Origin: a virus
Taxonomy: Duplodnaviria; Caudoviricetes
DNA length: 61,056 nt
Reading direction: 5' to 3' (one strand)
Virus record (IMG/VR): IMGVR_UViG_3300043256_000368
Location: 1-61,056 of that record
In this document: positions 34,639 through 43,180 of the stretch, piece after piece
Numbering within the stretch: the stretch's first letter is position 1
How the letters are laid out: each line of letters starts with the position of its first letter
Position numbers and translations under genes: made by a program
Notes under the pieces: model-generated
Told to the model about the DNA's origin: nothing
The model's database searches: none
Seen by the model: the letters and a program-made list of their open reading frames with translations, nothing else

Positions 34639-35193
34639 ATGATCACTGATTGGAATCAATTTCTACTGGACGGACCGATCGCGGGGTTAATCCTCTCGGG
34701 GGGTGCTGTGGTCGCCGCTGTCTATTGTGTGCTTTGGGACTGGTGGTACCGGGCTAGTAGGTCACGGCGCCTCCATTTCCTGGAGTTGCAACGCAAATGG
34801 TCAGGTTCGGGATTATCGGCGCTCCACCCCACCGCACGCGCGCTAGTGTCCCGCGACATCGCGGCTTGGCGACGTCGTCACCTGAGAATGGATAGAGGCG
34901 CGTTGTGCCTGGACTTTAGGTGCGGATGCGGGTACCAGCGGCAGGCCGGCGCCAAACGATGGATTCCGATCTCGTGTGCGCAGCACCTGTCCAAGGTTCC
35001 GGGAACCTTCGGGAACCTAGTTGGAACTCCGCGACGAATACCCCTACGGGCGGAGCCACTCAAGACTGATTCGGACGGTGGGATCCTTATTGACGCAGAT
35101 TGTGCGAGAGACATCCTGAAACGGGTGAAACTCCACGGGTGGGTTAGGTGGCGCACCTGGGCTCGGCGGCTATTCTCCCGGACGGCCCACTGA
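34639..35193 (+). CDS. Membrane-anchored hypothetical protein with capsid-N-arm-like motif
   Basis: N-terminal TM helix; TDSDGGILIDADCARDIL. Confidence 0.55.
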   Translation: MITDWNQFLLDGPIAGLILSGGAVVAAVYCVLWDWWYRASRSRRLHFLELQRKWSGSGLSALHPTARALVSRDIAAWRRRHLRMDRGALCLDFRCGCGYQRQAGAKRWIPISCAQHLSKVPGTFGNLVGTPRRIPLRAEPLKTDSDGGILIDADCARDILKRVKLHGWVRWRTWARRLFSRTAH

Positions 35194-35205
35194 GAGGGGC
35201 GATCG

Positions 35206-35445
35206 ATGTGGATACTCGGGTGGGTTGTGTTCTGTATGACGGGGCCGTGCGCTGAGTTAGGATACACGCCCGAATACTGTGAGAATCGATGCCTGGCGCG
35301 GTGTGCTCCTAGGTTGCCGGGAGACTATTGGGGTGCCTGTGGCCCGGGTGATCTCGATGGAGACTTCGACGTGGACTTGGCCGACTATGCAATCGCCCAG
35401 CGAATTGGGAAACCGGAAACCGGAAAGTGGCCTGACGGGCCCTAA
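35206..35445 (+). CDS. Small Cys-rich protein with dockerin-like motif
   Basis: Hydrophobic N-terminus; GDLDGDFDVDLADYAIAQ. Confidence 0.7.
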   Translation: MWILGWVVFCMTGPCAELGYTPEYCENRCLARCAPRLPGDYWGACGPGDLDGDFDVDLADYAIAQRIGKPETGKWPDGP

Positions 35446-35561
35446 TCGCTCGCCGGTAACGAAACCGGAATAATTGCGACGCATCGAAATTGGAATAATT
35501 ACCACTTGTTTGCGCCGCGTCGGCGCCGGCGCGCCGTAGCATCTAAGAGAGGACTCAGCTT

Positions 35562-35939
35562 ATGGCACTTTCCCAACCGATCGTAGCGCCCGTAAGCAAT
35601 AGGCGCGTGAAGATGGTCTACATCGCTTCGGACCTAGTCGTAGCCATGATGTCCGGGATCAACTGTCGGCTCCCAGATGGCCGACGTTTGCGGACCTTGG
35701 GGACCGACGTACCTGAATTCTGCGACGTGGATAATGTGACCTGGGACCATTCGCGGGGCTGCTTCGCCGTTCTTATAAGGCACAAGAGCTTCCCGGAGAT
35801 CCCGCACGGCGACCGCGTAGGGCTTTTGCGTGGCCCGGTGATGCAGATCGAGGGCGCTCGGTGGCGATTCCTCCTGAGCGCCAGGGTTAAGATTCGCTCC
35901 TGGTTGCGCAGTTGGCGTTTCGCCAGAACTGCCGAATGA
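35562..35939 (+). CDS. Hypothetical protein
   Basis: GAGGA SD; 125 aa. Confidence 0.65.
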   Translation: MALSQPIVAPVSNRRVKMVYIASDLVVAMMSGINCRLPDGRRLRTLGTDVPEFCDVDNVTWDHSRGCFAVLIRHKSFPEIPHGDRVGLLRGPVMQIEGARWRFLLSARVKIRSWLRSWRFARTAE

Positions 35940-36189
35940 CGGTGCGATCGATCGTTTGAGCGTTTGTCCCCCGCTGTGCCCCGTCTCGCCCCGTCCATGG
36001 CCCATAGCCGCTCGCGGGGTCATTTTTTATCCGACTTTTGGTTTGTCGTGTCCTGCTTTACTGTCAGTGGGCCGTTGGGGCGACGTATGCGCAACCGTTG
36101 CCGTTAGGCAAACACCTCTACGGCATTGCGTTCAACCTTTGAATCTGCCAACCTTCGAACCACGTGAATAGGAAATATGCTCTGCCGAT

Positions 36190-36217
36190 TTGACAGGGCC
36201 CATCGGCGCAGTATACT
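36190..36217 (+). promoter_or_regulatory. Near-consensus sigma70 promoter TTGACA-N16-TATACT inside an inverted repeat
   Basis: -35 at 36190-36195, -10 at 36212-36217; palindrome arms GCCGAT/ATCGGC and GGAAATATGCT/AGTATACTTCC. Confidence 0.7.
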
Positions 36218-36312
36218 TCCCTCAGTTTGAAGCTGTCCGAGACGTGTGGGTGTCAGCCCCGATCTTAGATGATCAAACGCGTAGCGGCGGCGGTGGAAAA
36301 CGATCCGATTAG

Positions 36313-36362
36313 ATTCGGCGCGGACTGCCATCATAGGTGATGGTCCGCGCCGAATTTCTTTT
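36313..36362 (+). terminator. Intrinsic terminator 1 in the capsid leader
   Basis: 13-bp stem ATTCGGCGCGGAC/GTCCGCGCCGAAT with an inner CATCA/TGATG stem, followed by TTCTTTT. Confidence 0.7.
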
Positions 36363-36374
36363 GCGCAAATGCGG

Positions 36375-36415
36375 CGGCTCGGACCCTCAATTGAGGATCT
36401 GAGTCGTTTTTCTTT
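36375..36415 (+). terminator. Intrinsic terminator 2 in the capsid leader
   Basis: CGGCTCGGA/TCTGAGTCG stem plus CCTC/GAGG, followed by TTTTTCTTT. Confidence 0.65.
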
Positions 36416-36440
36416 GCGCCAAAGCACGGAGAGGCACACG

Positions 36441-37829
36441 ATGGCAACAGCAGCCCCAGCACTCACAACGAAAACCGGTTCGAGGAGCGTAGCGGACGGC
36501 CTGCGGGCTGGTTGGGAGACCACCGAGCGTTGTCAAAACGCCATGGTCTCCATGCTCGACGTCGCGGAGACCGAAAGTCGCCCTCTGACCGATGATGAGA
36601 AACGCGGTTACGACGAATTACAGGCGAACCACCAACGGGCCGTGGACGACATCAGACGGCGCCAGGAAATCCTCGAGATGAGGTCTGCCGCCGGTCGCAA
36701 CTACGGCTCCCCCGAGGGTGCCGATGACGGCGGCGGTCGCGCCGTGCCGGCAGACGGAGTCGAGGACGTTGAAACCGAAGCCGAACTGCCGTTTGGCAAG
36801 TTCGGCGAACAGCTTTTGGCTGTCTGCGCCGCTTCCCATACGGGCACACTAACTGATCCGCGATTGGGACGACTTAGCGCTGCCGCCACCGGGTTGAGCG
36901 GTGGCGTCGACAGCGAAGGTGGTCACCTCGTCCAAAAGGACTTCGCGGAAGGGTTGGTGCAAAAGACCCACCAGACGGGAAGTCTTCTCTCATTCACTCC
37001 GGGCGTGCGGCGGATCCAAATCGGACCTGGAAAGAACGGACTCAAGATTCGCGCTATCGATGAATCGAGTCGGGTGGACGGGGCACGAGCCGGAGGTGTT
37101 CAGGCTTATTGGGAGGGTGAAGCCGACGCCGTTACGGCGACCAAACCAAAATTCCGCGTCCTGGAGTGGACGCTCAAAAAGCTCACCGCCATGGTGTACG
37201 TTACTGAGGAACTCTTGCAGGACGCGGTTGCTCTCGAACAGGTGATTCGGGAGACCTTCGCCCAGGAGTTCGCGTTCAAGATCGAGGACGCCATCATCAA
37301 CGGTGATGGTGCTGGAAAACCGTTGGGAATTCTGTCCAGCGGTGCTCTGGTCACGAACGCCAAGGAAGGTTCGCAGGTCGCGGCCACGATCGTCGTCGAA
37401 AACCTGGTCAAGATGTGGGCTCGCCAGCACTCGCGTTCGAAGCGCAACTCCGTGTGGATCCAGAACGGGGATCCGTTCCCGCAGCTTGCGGTGATGAAGC
37501 TCGGCGATCACGGGATTTTCCTGCCTGCCGGCAACATTTCGGGCACCCCCTTCAACATGCTCCTCGGTCGTCCGTTGCTCGAGGCTGAGTACCTGCCGAC
37601 CGTCGGCGCGAAGGGTGACCTCCTGCTCTGCGATCTCAGCGAATACTGGATGATCGAGAAGGAGGCGTTGCAATCGGCAAGTTCCATTCACGTGCGTTTT
37701 GTCGAGGGTGAGGTTGCGTTCCGATTCGTATGGCGATTGGACGGGATGCCGATGTGGGACAAGCCACTCACGCCATACAAGGGTACCAAAACCCGTTCTC
37801 CGTTTGTTGTGACCGACGTACGGGCCTAG
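36441..37829 (+). CDS. Major capsid protein, HK97 family with N-terminal delta domain
   Basis: Coiled-coil N-terminus, DSEGGHLV, AYWEGE, VTEELLQD, AIINGDGAGKPLGIL, LLGRP, GDLLLCDLS. Confidence 0.95.
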   Translation: MATAAPALTTKTGSRSVADGLRAGWETTERCQNAMVSMLDVAETESRPLTDDEKRGYDELQANHQRAVDDIRRRQEILEMRSAAGRNYGSPEGADDGGGRAVPADGVEDVETEAELPFGKFGEQLLAVCAASHTGTLTDPRLGRLSAAATGLSGGVDSEGGHLVQKDFAEGLVQKTHQTGSLLSFTPGVRRIQIGPGKNGLKIRAIDESSRVDGARAGGVQAYWEGEADAVTATKPKFRVLEWTLKKLTAMVYVTEELLQDAVALEQVIRETFAQEFAFKIEDAIINGDGAGKPLGILSSGALVTNAKEGSQVAATIVVENLVKMWARQHSRSKRNSVWIQNGDPFPQLAVMKLGDHGIFLPAGNISGTPFNMLLGRPLLEAEYLPTVGAKGDLLLCDLSEYWMIEKEALQSASSIHVRFVEGEVAFRFVWRLDGMPMWDKPLTPYKGTKTRSPFVVTDVRA

Positions 37830-37896
37830 GCGTTCCGGAGTTTTCCGAACTATGCCGGCGACCGGGTTGTCCGTGTCGCAATTTGGAGACAGCACC

Positions 37897-38391
37897 ATGA
37901 GTTTGGGTTTTTCACTCGCTGAAAACGGTCATATTGTCCAGTCGCACCAACCTCAGACCGTCGCACCGACTACGACGGTCAACGGCGACGTAATCTCGAT
38001 GAAGGACTACGTGCGGGCGGAGTTCCTGCTCAGCATCGGCGACATGGACGGCACGGTATCGGACGGTCTTATCACCGTCGAGGCTTGTGACGATTTCGTT
38101 CCCACGGCTGTCGAGGCCATTCCCTTCCGGATCTACAAGGAGGAGACCCCGGCCGGCGACACGCTCGACGGAGGTGCCGACGTGCTGGCCGCCGGGTACA
38201 CGGTTCCGTTCGCGGACAACATCCATTACCTGATCGAGGTGCTGGACGAGCATCTTCCCGAAGGAAAACCGAACGTACGCCTCGTGTTTCACTCGGTCTC
38301 CGGTGGTACCACGGGATCGCTGATGCACTGCGCTGCGCTCTTGACCGGCGCGCGCTCGGCGAGTCAGGCGTCACCGACGGTGATTGCCTAG
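37897..38391 (+). CDS. Putative head decoration/cement protein
   Basis: Directly after the capsid gene; NGDVISMKDY...ITVEACDD...YVRL-like pattern. Confidence 0.65.
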   Translation: MSLGFSLAENGHIVQSHQPQTVAPTTTVNGDVISMKDYVRAEFLLSIGDMDGTVSDGLITVEACDDFVPTAVEAIPFRIYKEETPAGDTLDGGADVLAAGYTVPFADNIHYLIEVLDEHLPEGKPNVRLVFHSVSGGTTGSLMHCAALLTGARSASQASPTVIA

Positions 38392-38425
38392 ATAGTCGTT
38401 CCGCCTAAGTGAACGGAGACGTCAG

Positions 38426-38752
38426 ATGATTGAGATCGTAGCGTCCATCCGCAAGATGGACATCGCCACTTGTGGTGGCATGAAGGGCTCCGTCAACCTC
38501 CGCAAGGTGACGGTTGGTGGACGGGAATTCGACGCGGGGAAACTTTGGTATGTCGGATTCGCCGGCGGTCTGGACGCCACGAGTGGACTGTATGTAGGTC
38601 ACAATCGCTTCACGGAGGTCAGGCGCAAGGATTTGCTGGGTGATCCCAAGACCGACTTCGAAATGATTCCGGGTGGATTGACAGGAGAAGTTGACGATGG
38701 CCTTCACGCACGAGACGGCGGCCCAGGTGACGGTTTCGGGTCGGACGGTTAA
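38426..38752 (+). CDS. Hypothetical protein
   Basis: GGAG SD. Confidence 0.5.
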   Translation: MIEIVASIRKMDIATCGGMKGSVNLRKVTVGGREFDAGKLWYVGFAGGLDATSGLYVGHNRFTEVRRKDLLGDPKTDFEMIPGGLTGEVDDGLHARDGGPGDGFGSDG

Positions 38753-39104
38753 GGGAAACGTTGCCGTATCGTCCGGGAACAACCGAAGCATCGACGAATC
38801 AATTCCGGATTCGTCAACCGACCTGTTGGTGCTCGAAACGGTTGATGTGTCTCAACTTCGAGCGTTCATTATGGTCTCTGACCAGCCGGTCACCGTCGAG
38901 ACCAACGATGGCACCACACCGCAAGAAACGATCATCTTGAATGCCAACGACCCGCTGATTTTCCGAAAGGGAGGAAATCAGCGAGAGGGTGCGGACTACC
39001 CTGTGATTCCGTTCTCGGCCGACGTAACTGGTTTCTACATCACAAACGCGAGCGGTGCGGCTGCGCAGCTCAAGATGGAGATTCTGCAAGACCCGACAGT
39101 GTAA
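38697..39104 (+). CDS. Hypothetical virion-associated protein
   Basis: AGGAG SD; beta-rich composition. Confidence 0.6.
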   Translation: MAFTHETAAQVTVSGRTVKGNVAVSSGNNRSIDESIPDSSTDLLVLETVDVSQLRAFIMVSDQPVTVETNDGTTPQETIILNANDPLIFRKGGNQREGADYPVIPFSADVTGFYITNASGAAAQLKMEILQDPTV

Positions 39105-39128
39105 CGTGAAGGAGTGTGCGATGGCCGC

Positions 39129-39362
39129 ATGAAAACGCTGCCTCGAACCCATTGGCATGGCGGGTTGCCCAGGAGTGGAAAGCGGACCGCAATAATGACG
39201 TGCCCTGAGTGTGGGCAAGAGTATTCGCTGAGTGGGCACGAGATTGACGACAGCGGTGTCGTGACTCCGTCCGTCGTTTGTGTGACGCAAGGTTGCACTT
39301 ATCACGGGTACATAACTCTCGAAGGTTGGTCCGCCGTACCGCGTGTACCGCGACCACAGTGA
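39129..39362 (+). CDS. Small Zn-binding protein
   Basis: CPECG...VTPSVVC...CTYH. Confidence 0.55.
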   Translation: MKTLPRTHWHGGLPRSGKRTAIMTCPECGQEYSLSGHEIDDSGVVTPSVVCVTQGCTYHGYITLEGWSAVPRVPRPQ

Positions 39363-39377
39363 GGAAGGAAACGACAA

Positions 39378-39572
39378 ATGGCCGCAGAAAAGGAACACCA
39401 GTTCAAGGCGGGTGATATGGTCTTGGTGCCAGCCAAGCTGCTCGAGTTTACCCCGAAGGTGAAAGAGGGGCACGCCCGATTCCAGGTGATCGACGAACAT
39501 GCGGTAGGGGAGGCGCCCGAAATTATCTGCTCGACGCGAGCGGTGCGCCCGATGCGCGCCAGTAAATCGTAA
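39378..39572 (+). CDS. Hypothetical protein
   Basis: AAGGA SD. Confidence 0.5.
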   Translation: MAAEKEHQFKAGDMVLVPAKLLEFTPKVKEGHARFQVIDEHAVGEAPEIICSTRAVRPMRASKS

Positions 39573-39625
39573 TCCCCTGGCCGGGATTGCAGGTGAGACA
39601 CTGGACTGAAAACTGAGCGACCTCC

Positions 39626-39886
39626 ATGAAGCGGCAAGTTGAAATCATCTGGAACATTGGGGTCTACGCTGGTGACCTACGGCGCGTCGACTTCGACGTC
39701 GCTGCTCGGATGATCGCCAACGGAACGGCCCTAGTGGTTGGCGCCGAACCGCGCCTGCACCGAACGGGACGGAAACCCCGTGCGAGCCGAGCGCGTCCAG
39801 CAATGACCCGTAGTAGTAAGGCGGGGAAAGCACCACAGCGCACAGAAGGTAACAGGGGGGCTCCTCAGGCGCGGAGTAAGCGATGA
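39626..39886 (+). CDS. Hypothetical protein
   Basis: YAGD...AARMIANGTA; typical small gene between head and neck genes. Confidence 0.5.
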   Translation: MKRQVEIIWNIGVYAGDLRRVDFDVAARMIANGTALVVGAEPRLHRTGRKPRASRARPAMTRSSKAGKAPQRTEGNRGAPQARSKR

Positions 39887-40485
39887 GCCATCACTCCATC
39901 GCGCATGAATCGCTAACGCGGCTCGACACGCCGGAGCCGGCCGTGACGATCGATGAAGGTCGCGCCTATTTGCGGCTTCGTCACAAGAGGGATGACCCAA
40001 TCATTCAACTCGGGTTGGCGGCCGCGATCGAGGACCATGAAGCGCAGACCGGTCGCCAGTTGATGGCCGCAACTTTCCGGCTCGACCTGGATGTGTTCCC
40101 GGCAGTCATCCGCCTTCGCAAGCCTCCGCTGATCTCAGTCACGAAACTCGAGTACCTCAATACCGGAGGTACGTTGACGCCGTTGGTGGTGGAGACGGAC
40201 TTTGTGGTTGACGCGGGGTCGCCCGACGACGTCGCCAGGATTACACCCGCTTACGGCAAGTGGTGGCCGACGACGCGCCGGCAAGTGAACGCGGTCCAGG
40301 TGACGTACAGTTGTGGGTTCGGTACGGACCCGGAAAAGATTCCCGCAGTAGATCGATTGAGGGTTCTGGCAGTGATGGAGTCATTGTTCACAAACTCCTC
40401 CGGGATGACGAACGCCCGTAGTCCCGTGACGCTGAAAATGGTCTTGCAACAACTCGCTTGGCAGAGGCGAGTGATTCGAACATGA
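39883..40485 (+). CDS. Head-tail connector (gp6/gp15-like)
   Basis: EPAVTIDEGRAYLRL...E.QTGRQL...PPLISV...AVQVTYSCGFG. Confidence 0.88.
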   Translation: MSHHSIAHESLTRLDTPEPAVTIDEGRAYLRLRHKRDDPIIQLGLAAAIEDHEAQTGRQLMAATFRLDLDVFPAVIRLRKPPLISVTKLEYLNTGGTLTPLVVETDFVVDAGSPDDVARITPAYGKWWPTTRRQVNAVQVTYSCGFGTDPEKIPAVDRLRVLAVMESLFTNSSGMTNARSPVTLKMVLQQLAWQRRVIRT

Positions 40486-40817
40486 ACGCGGGCACCATGC
40501 GGGATGTGTTGTCGTTCCGTCGGCCCACGAATACGACCGATGCGATCGGCTCGCAAACTGTGGTCGATGACGAGACCACGCAGTACGTGGAGATCCGCGG
40601 GAAGATTGAGCCGCTTCGAGGGCGCGAACTAGAGCAAGCCCGCAAGGTCGACGCAGAGGCGACGTTCAAGATATTGACGGAGTGGGTCGAGGACGTGAAG
40701 CACGGCGATCTGATCGTGAGCGTTACGGACGGCCGTAAGTTTCAGATCGTCTGGATTGAGAACATCGATGAGATGGATCGGTTGCACAAGTTTCTCGTAA
40801 AGGTGCGGTTTAACTAA
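40482..40817 (+). CDS. Head closure protein (SPP1 gp16-like)
   Basis: MNAGTMRD...IEPLRGREL. Confidence 0.85.
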   Translation: MNAGTMRDVLSFRRPTNTTDAIGSQTVVDDETTQYVEIRGKIEPLRGRELEQARKVDAEATFKILTEWVEDVKHGDLIVSVTDGRKFQIVWIENIDEMDRLHKFLVKVRFN

Positions 40818-41398
40818 TGGCTGTGGGTTCCTCATTCGGATTGGTGCGTCGTAACATCGGCGGTCGGGGTTCGGGTGGAACCGGATTCACCGTATCGATG
40901 ACCGGGCAGGCGGCAATTCTGAGAATGCTCCGTCAGGTTTTGCCCGCAGAGGCCAATCGTGCGTTGCGCACCGCCCTGAACAAAGGTGCCACGATCACGT
41001 TGCAGCGCATGCGGGAGACAGTTCCGGTTCAAACGCCCCCGAAGCATGGGTGGAGATCGGGCACCAACCTCTCGAAGCCACGGCTGGACGCGCCCCGGGG
41101 CGGCCGCTTGAAACGATCGCTCGGTCGCAAGTACATCCATTACCGCAGTTCCGGAAACCATCTGGTGATGATTGGCCCTAGGGTGAACGAAGGACACAAA
41201 GGCCGGCACGGACATTTGGTCGAGGCCGGCACGGGACCTCGTGTTCAGCGAACCACCGGCAGGTCCACCGGCATCATGCCCGCCTTTCGTTTTATGGAGC
41301 GGGCGTTGGACTCGACGCGATTCAGGGTGGAGGGTGAGATTGCGAAAACCTTCCGAACGAAGTTGATGGACGCAGTCCGGAAACGTCGGAGGAGATAG
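40817..41398 (+). CDS. HK97 gp10-like neck protein
   Basis: GRLKRSL...HLVEAGT...MPAFRFMERA. Confidence 0.8.
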   Translation: MAVGSSFGLVRRNIGGRGSGGTGFTVSMTGQAAILRMLRQVLPAEANRALRTALNKGATITLQRMRETVPVQTPPKHGWRSGTNLSKPRLDAPRGGRLKRSLGRKYIHYRSSGNHLVMIGPRVNEGHKGRHGHLVEAGTGPRVQRTTGRSTGIMPAFRFMERALDSTRFRVEGEIAKTFRTKLMDAVRKRRRR

Positions 41399-41402
41399 CG
41401 GT

Positions 41403-41810
41403 GTGTCCGAAGAAGCCTTGCTCTCGCTCCTCAAAGACGATGTCAACATCGGAGTTGACGCCCGTGTGTATCTCGAGTTTGCGCCGACCCCGGCCGCTTT
41501 CCCGTACATCGTGTTCGACGTCGATGGGACCGATCCTGTCCTCGCCCACGATGGTGGTTCCAAGTTGGCGCGTCGTACCTTTAGGATCGAGTGCTGGGGT
41601 ACGACTGCAATACAAAGTAGGTCGGTCGCGGATGCGGTCCGCGCGAAAATACAAGGTTTCAAGGGGACGGCTGCCTCGGTGCGCGTTGATTCAATAATTG
41701 TGTTGGAGGGTGGACGGACCGAATCCACCATGCCCGACGACGGCGGTGACACGCCCTCATCGATGCGTCTCGTTTTGGTGGCGATGTGGTTTGAGGACGC
41801 CAATAACTGA
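41403..41810 (+). CDS. Tail terminator/completion protein
   Basis: RVY..AP....FPYIVF...FRIECW. Confidence 0.8.
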   Translation: MSEEALLSLLKDDVNIGVDARVYLEFAPTPAAFPYIVFDVDGTDPVLAHDGGSKLARRTFRIECWGTTAIQSRSVADAVRAKIQGFKGTAASVRVDSIIVLEGGRTESTMPDDGGDTPSSMRLVLVAMWFEDANN

Positions 41811-41822
41811 CGGAGCTTAATT

Positions 41823-42245
41823 ATGGCGACAGGTGCAATTTCGGCCTACGGGACACTCTTCAAGATGATCAATAGCCCCGGGACTCCGGTGTTGATTGCG
41901 GACATCACCAACCTGGACGGTCCGGCCTTGGAGGCGAATACGGCGGATGTGACTCCTCACGAAGCCGCCGGTTCAGGGTGGCGGCACAAGATCCCGTTGC
42001 TCAAGGACGGTGGACAGATCACCGGTACCATGAACTTCAAGCCGTCCCGAGATCGTGGTGTCGATCAGATGGCTGAGGCATTTGCCAGCGGCACCTTGAT
42101 GGACTGCGAGATGGCGTGGCCTGAAAGTGGCGAGAAGTGGACGTTCAAGGGTTACGTCGTTGGTTTCCAGCCACACGGGCCTACGGACGGCGCGCTGACC
42201 GCCGACTTCACAATCGAAGTGACGGAAACCGTTTCGTTCACGTAA
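41823..42245 (+). CDS. Major tail tube protein
   Basis: ADVTPH...W...IPLLKDGGQIT..MNF...WTFKGYV. Confidence 0.88.
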   Translation: MATGAISAYGTLFKMINSPGTPVLIADITNLDGPALEANTADVTPHEAAGSGWRHKIPLLKDGGQITGTMNFKPSRDRGVDQMAEAFASGTLMDCEMAWPESGEKWTFKGYVVGFQPHGPTDGALTADFTIEVTETVSFT

Positions 42246-42253
42246 GGGTTTGT

Positions 42254-42484
42254 ATGACCGTCGAGGAAATTGCAAATAGATGCAGTCAATACCTCTGGCT
42301 GCATGTTCTCGAGATTCAAGAGGAATCGCCAACGACCAAGGTGATCGTGTTAGCCACACCGTCCGGTGTGGCGTGTTTTTCAGTCACCGTCCAGAAGCAT
42401 GGGACGGATGACTGGAGGTTCATGGGTTTACGGTTTGATTTGGAGGACCACATGACCGAGTTACGTGAGGTGGCGGATGGGTAA
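42254..42484 (+). CDS. Hypothetical protein
   Basis: Fills the gap between tube and chaperone genes. Confidence 0.45.
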   Translation: MTVEEIANRCSQYLWLHVLEIQEESPTTKVIVLATPSGVACFSVTVQKHGTDDWRFMGLRFDLEDHMTELREVADG

Positions 42485-42884
42485 ACCTGAACAGCAGGAT
42501 GGTTTCCTGAGCCATCAAGAAATCGTAGATATCGAAGATGATCGAACAATCGAGTACACGATGCAAACGCAAGGAGCCTGGAAGGGCAAGCGCGTTCGCC
42601 TTCGAAGCATCAAGGCGGATGAGCGAGACATTTTCGAATCGCGTTGCTTCCTGGCCAGTGAGAGGGGTGAGCCGTTTGGAATGCGGGCTGAGTTGGTCGG
42701 AAAGTGTCTCGTTGACGGCAACGGCGATCGTCTGTTCGCGGAGAACCAAATCCATCTACTCGGTGCCAAGAGTGGTGACGCATTAGATGAACTGTTCCAT
42801 GTGTGCAAGAAGCACAATGCAATGAACGTTGCCCAGATGGAGGCGTTGGCAAAAAAATCAGAGGGTCCGAGCGACTCCAATTAA
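42477..42884 (+). CDS. Tail assembly chaperone (G-like)
   Basis: Position before the tape measure gene; LVDGNGDRLF. Confidence 0.8.
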   Translation: MGKPEQQDGFLSHQEIVDIEDDRTIEYTMQTQGAWKGKRVRLRSIKADERDIFESRCFLASERGEPFGMRAELVGKCLVDGNGDRLFAENQIHLLGAKSGDALDELFHVCKKHNAMNVAQMEALAKKSEGPSDSN

Positions 42885-43177
42885 TCGCGGAGTTGTGCTT
42901 GGCGTTCGGAGAACCCTCCCCGCAACGGTTCATGCGATCCATCGACAGCCAGGACCTTACGTTCTGGATCGCCTATTTCGGGGTGCGCCCGTTCGGTGGT
43001 ATCCGCGGCGATATGCAGATGGCTCGCATGTGTACTGTGTTGGCGAAATTGAAGGGCAACAAGACCGCAAAGGATGCCGACTTCATGCTCTTTAGGGGTA
43101 AGGGAGCGCAGTCGGGCCGCGAGATAAGGAACATCTGCCGACAGGTGCACCAAAACGTATTACAACGGAGAGCGTAA
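42851..43177 (+). CDS. Tail assembly chaperone extension (GT-like) via -1 frameshift
   Basis: Slippery A-AAA-AAA at 42851-42857; the -1 frame is open into ...LTFWIAYF..PFG..RGD, directly before the tape measure gene. Confidence 0.8.
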   Translation, partial: KKIRGSERLQLIAELCLAFGEPSPQRFMRSIDSQDLTFWIAYFGVRPFGGIRGDMQMARMCTVLAKLKGNKTAKDADFMLFRGKGAQSGREIRNICRQVHQNVLQRRA

Positions 43178-43180
43178 GCC

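Noticed and set aside
35405-35545. GAAACCGGAA and GGAATAATT short repeats plus a GC palindrome as a promoter/operator
   Set aside because: The repeats are short and the -35/-10 spacing is not convincing; insufficient support.
42851-42857. Tail chaperone frameshift as a novelty
   Set aside because: This is the well-known conserved G/GT -1 frameshift; it is listed as a feature only.
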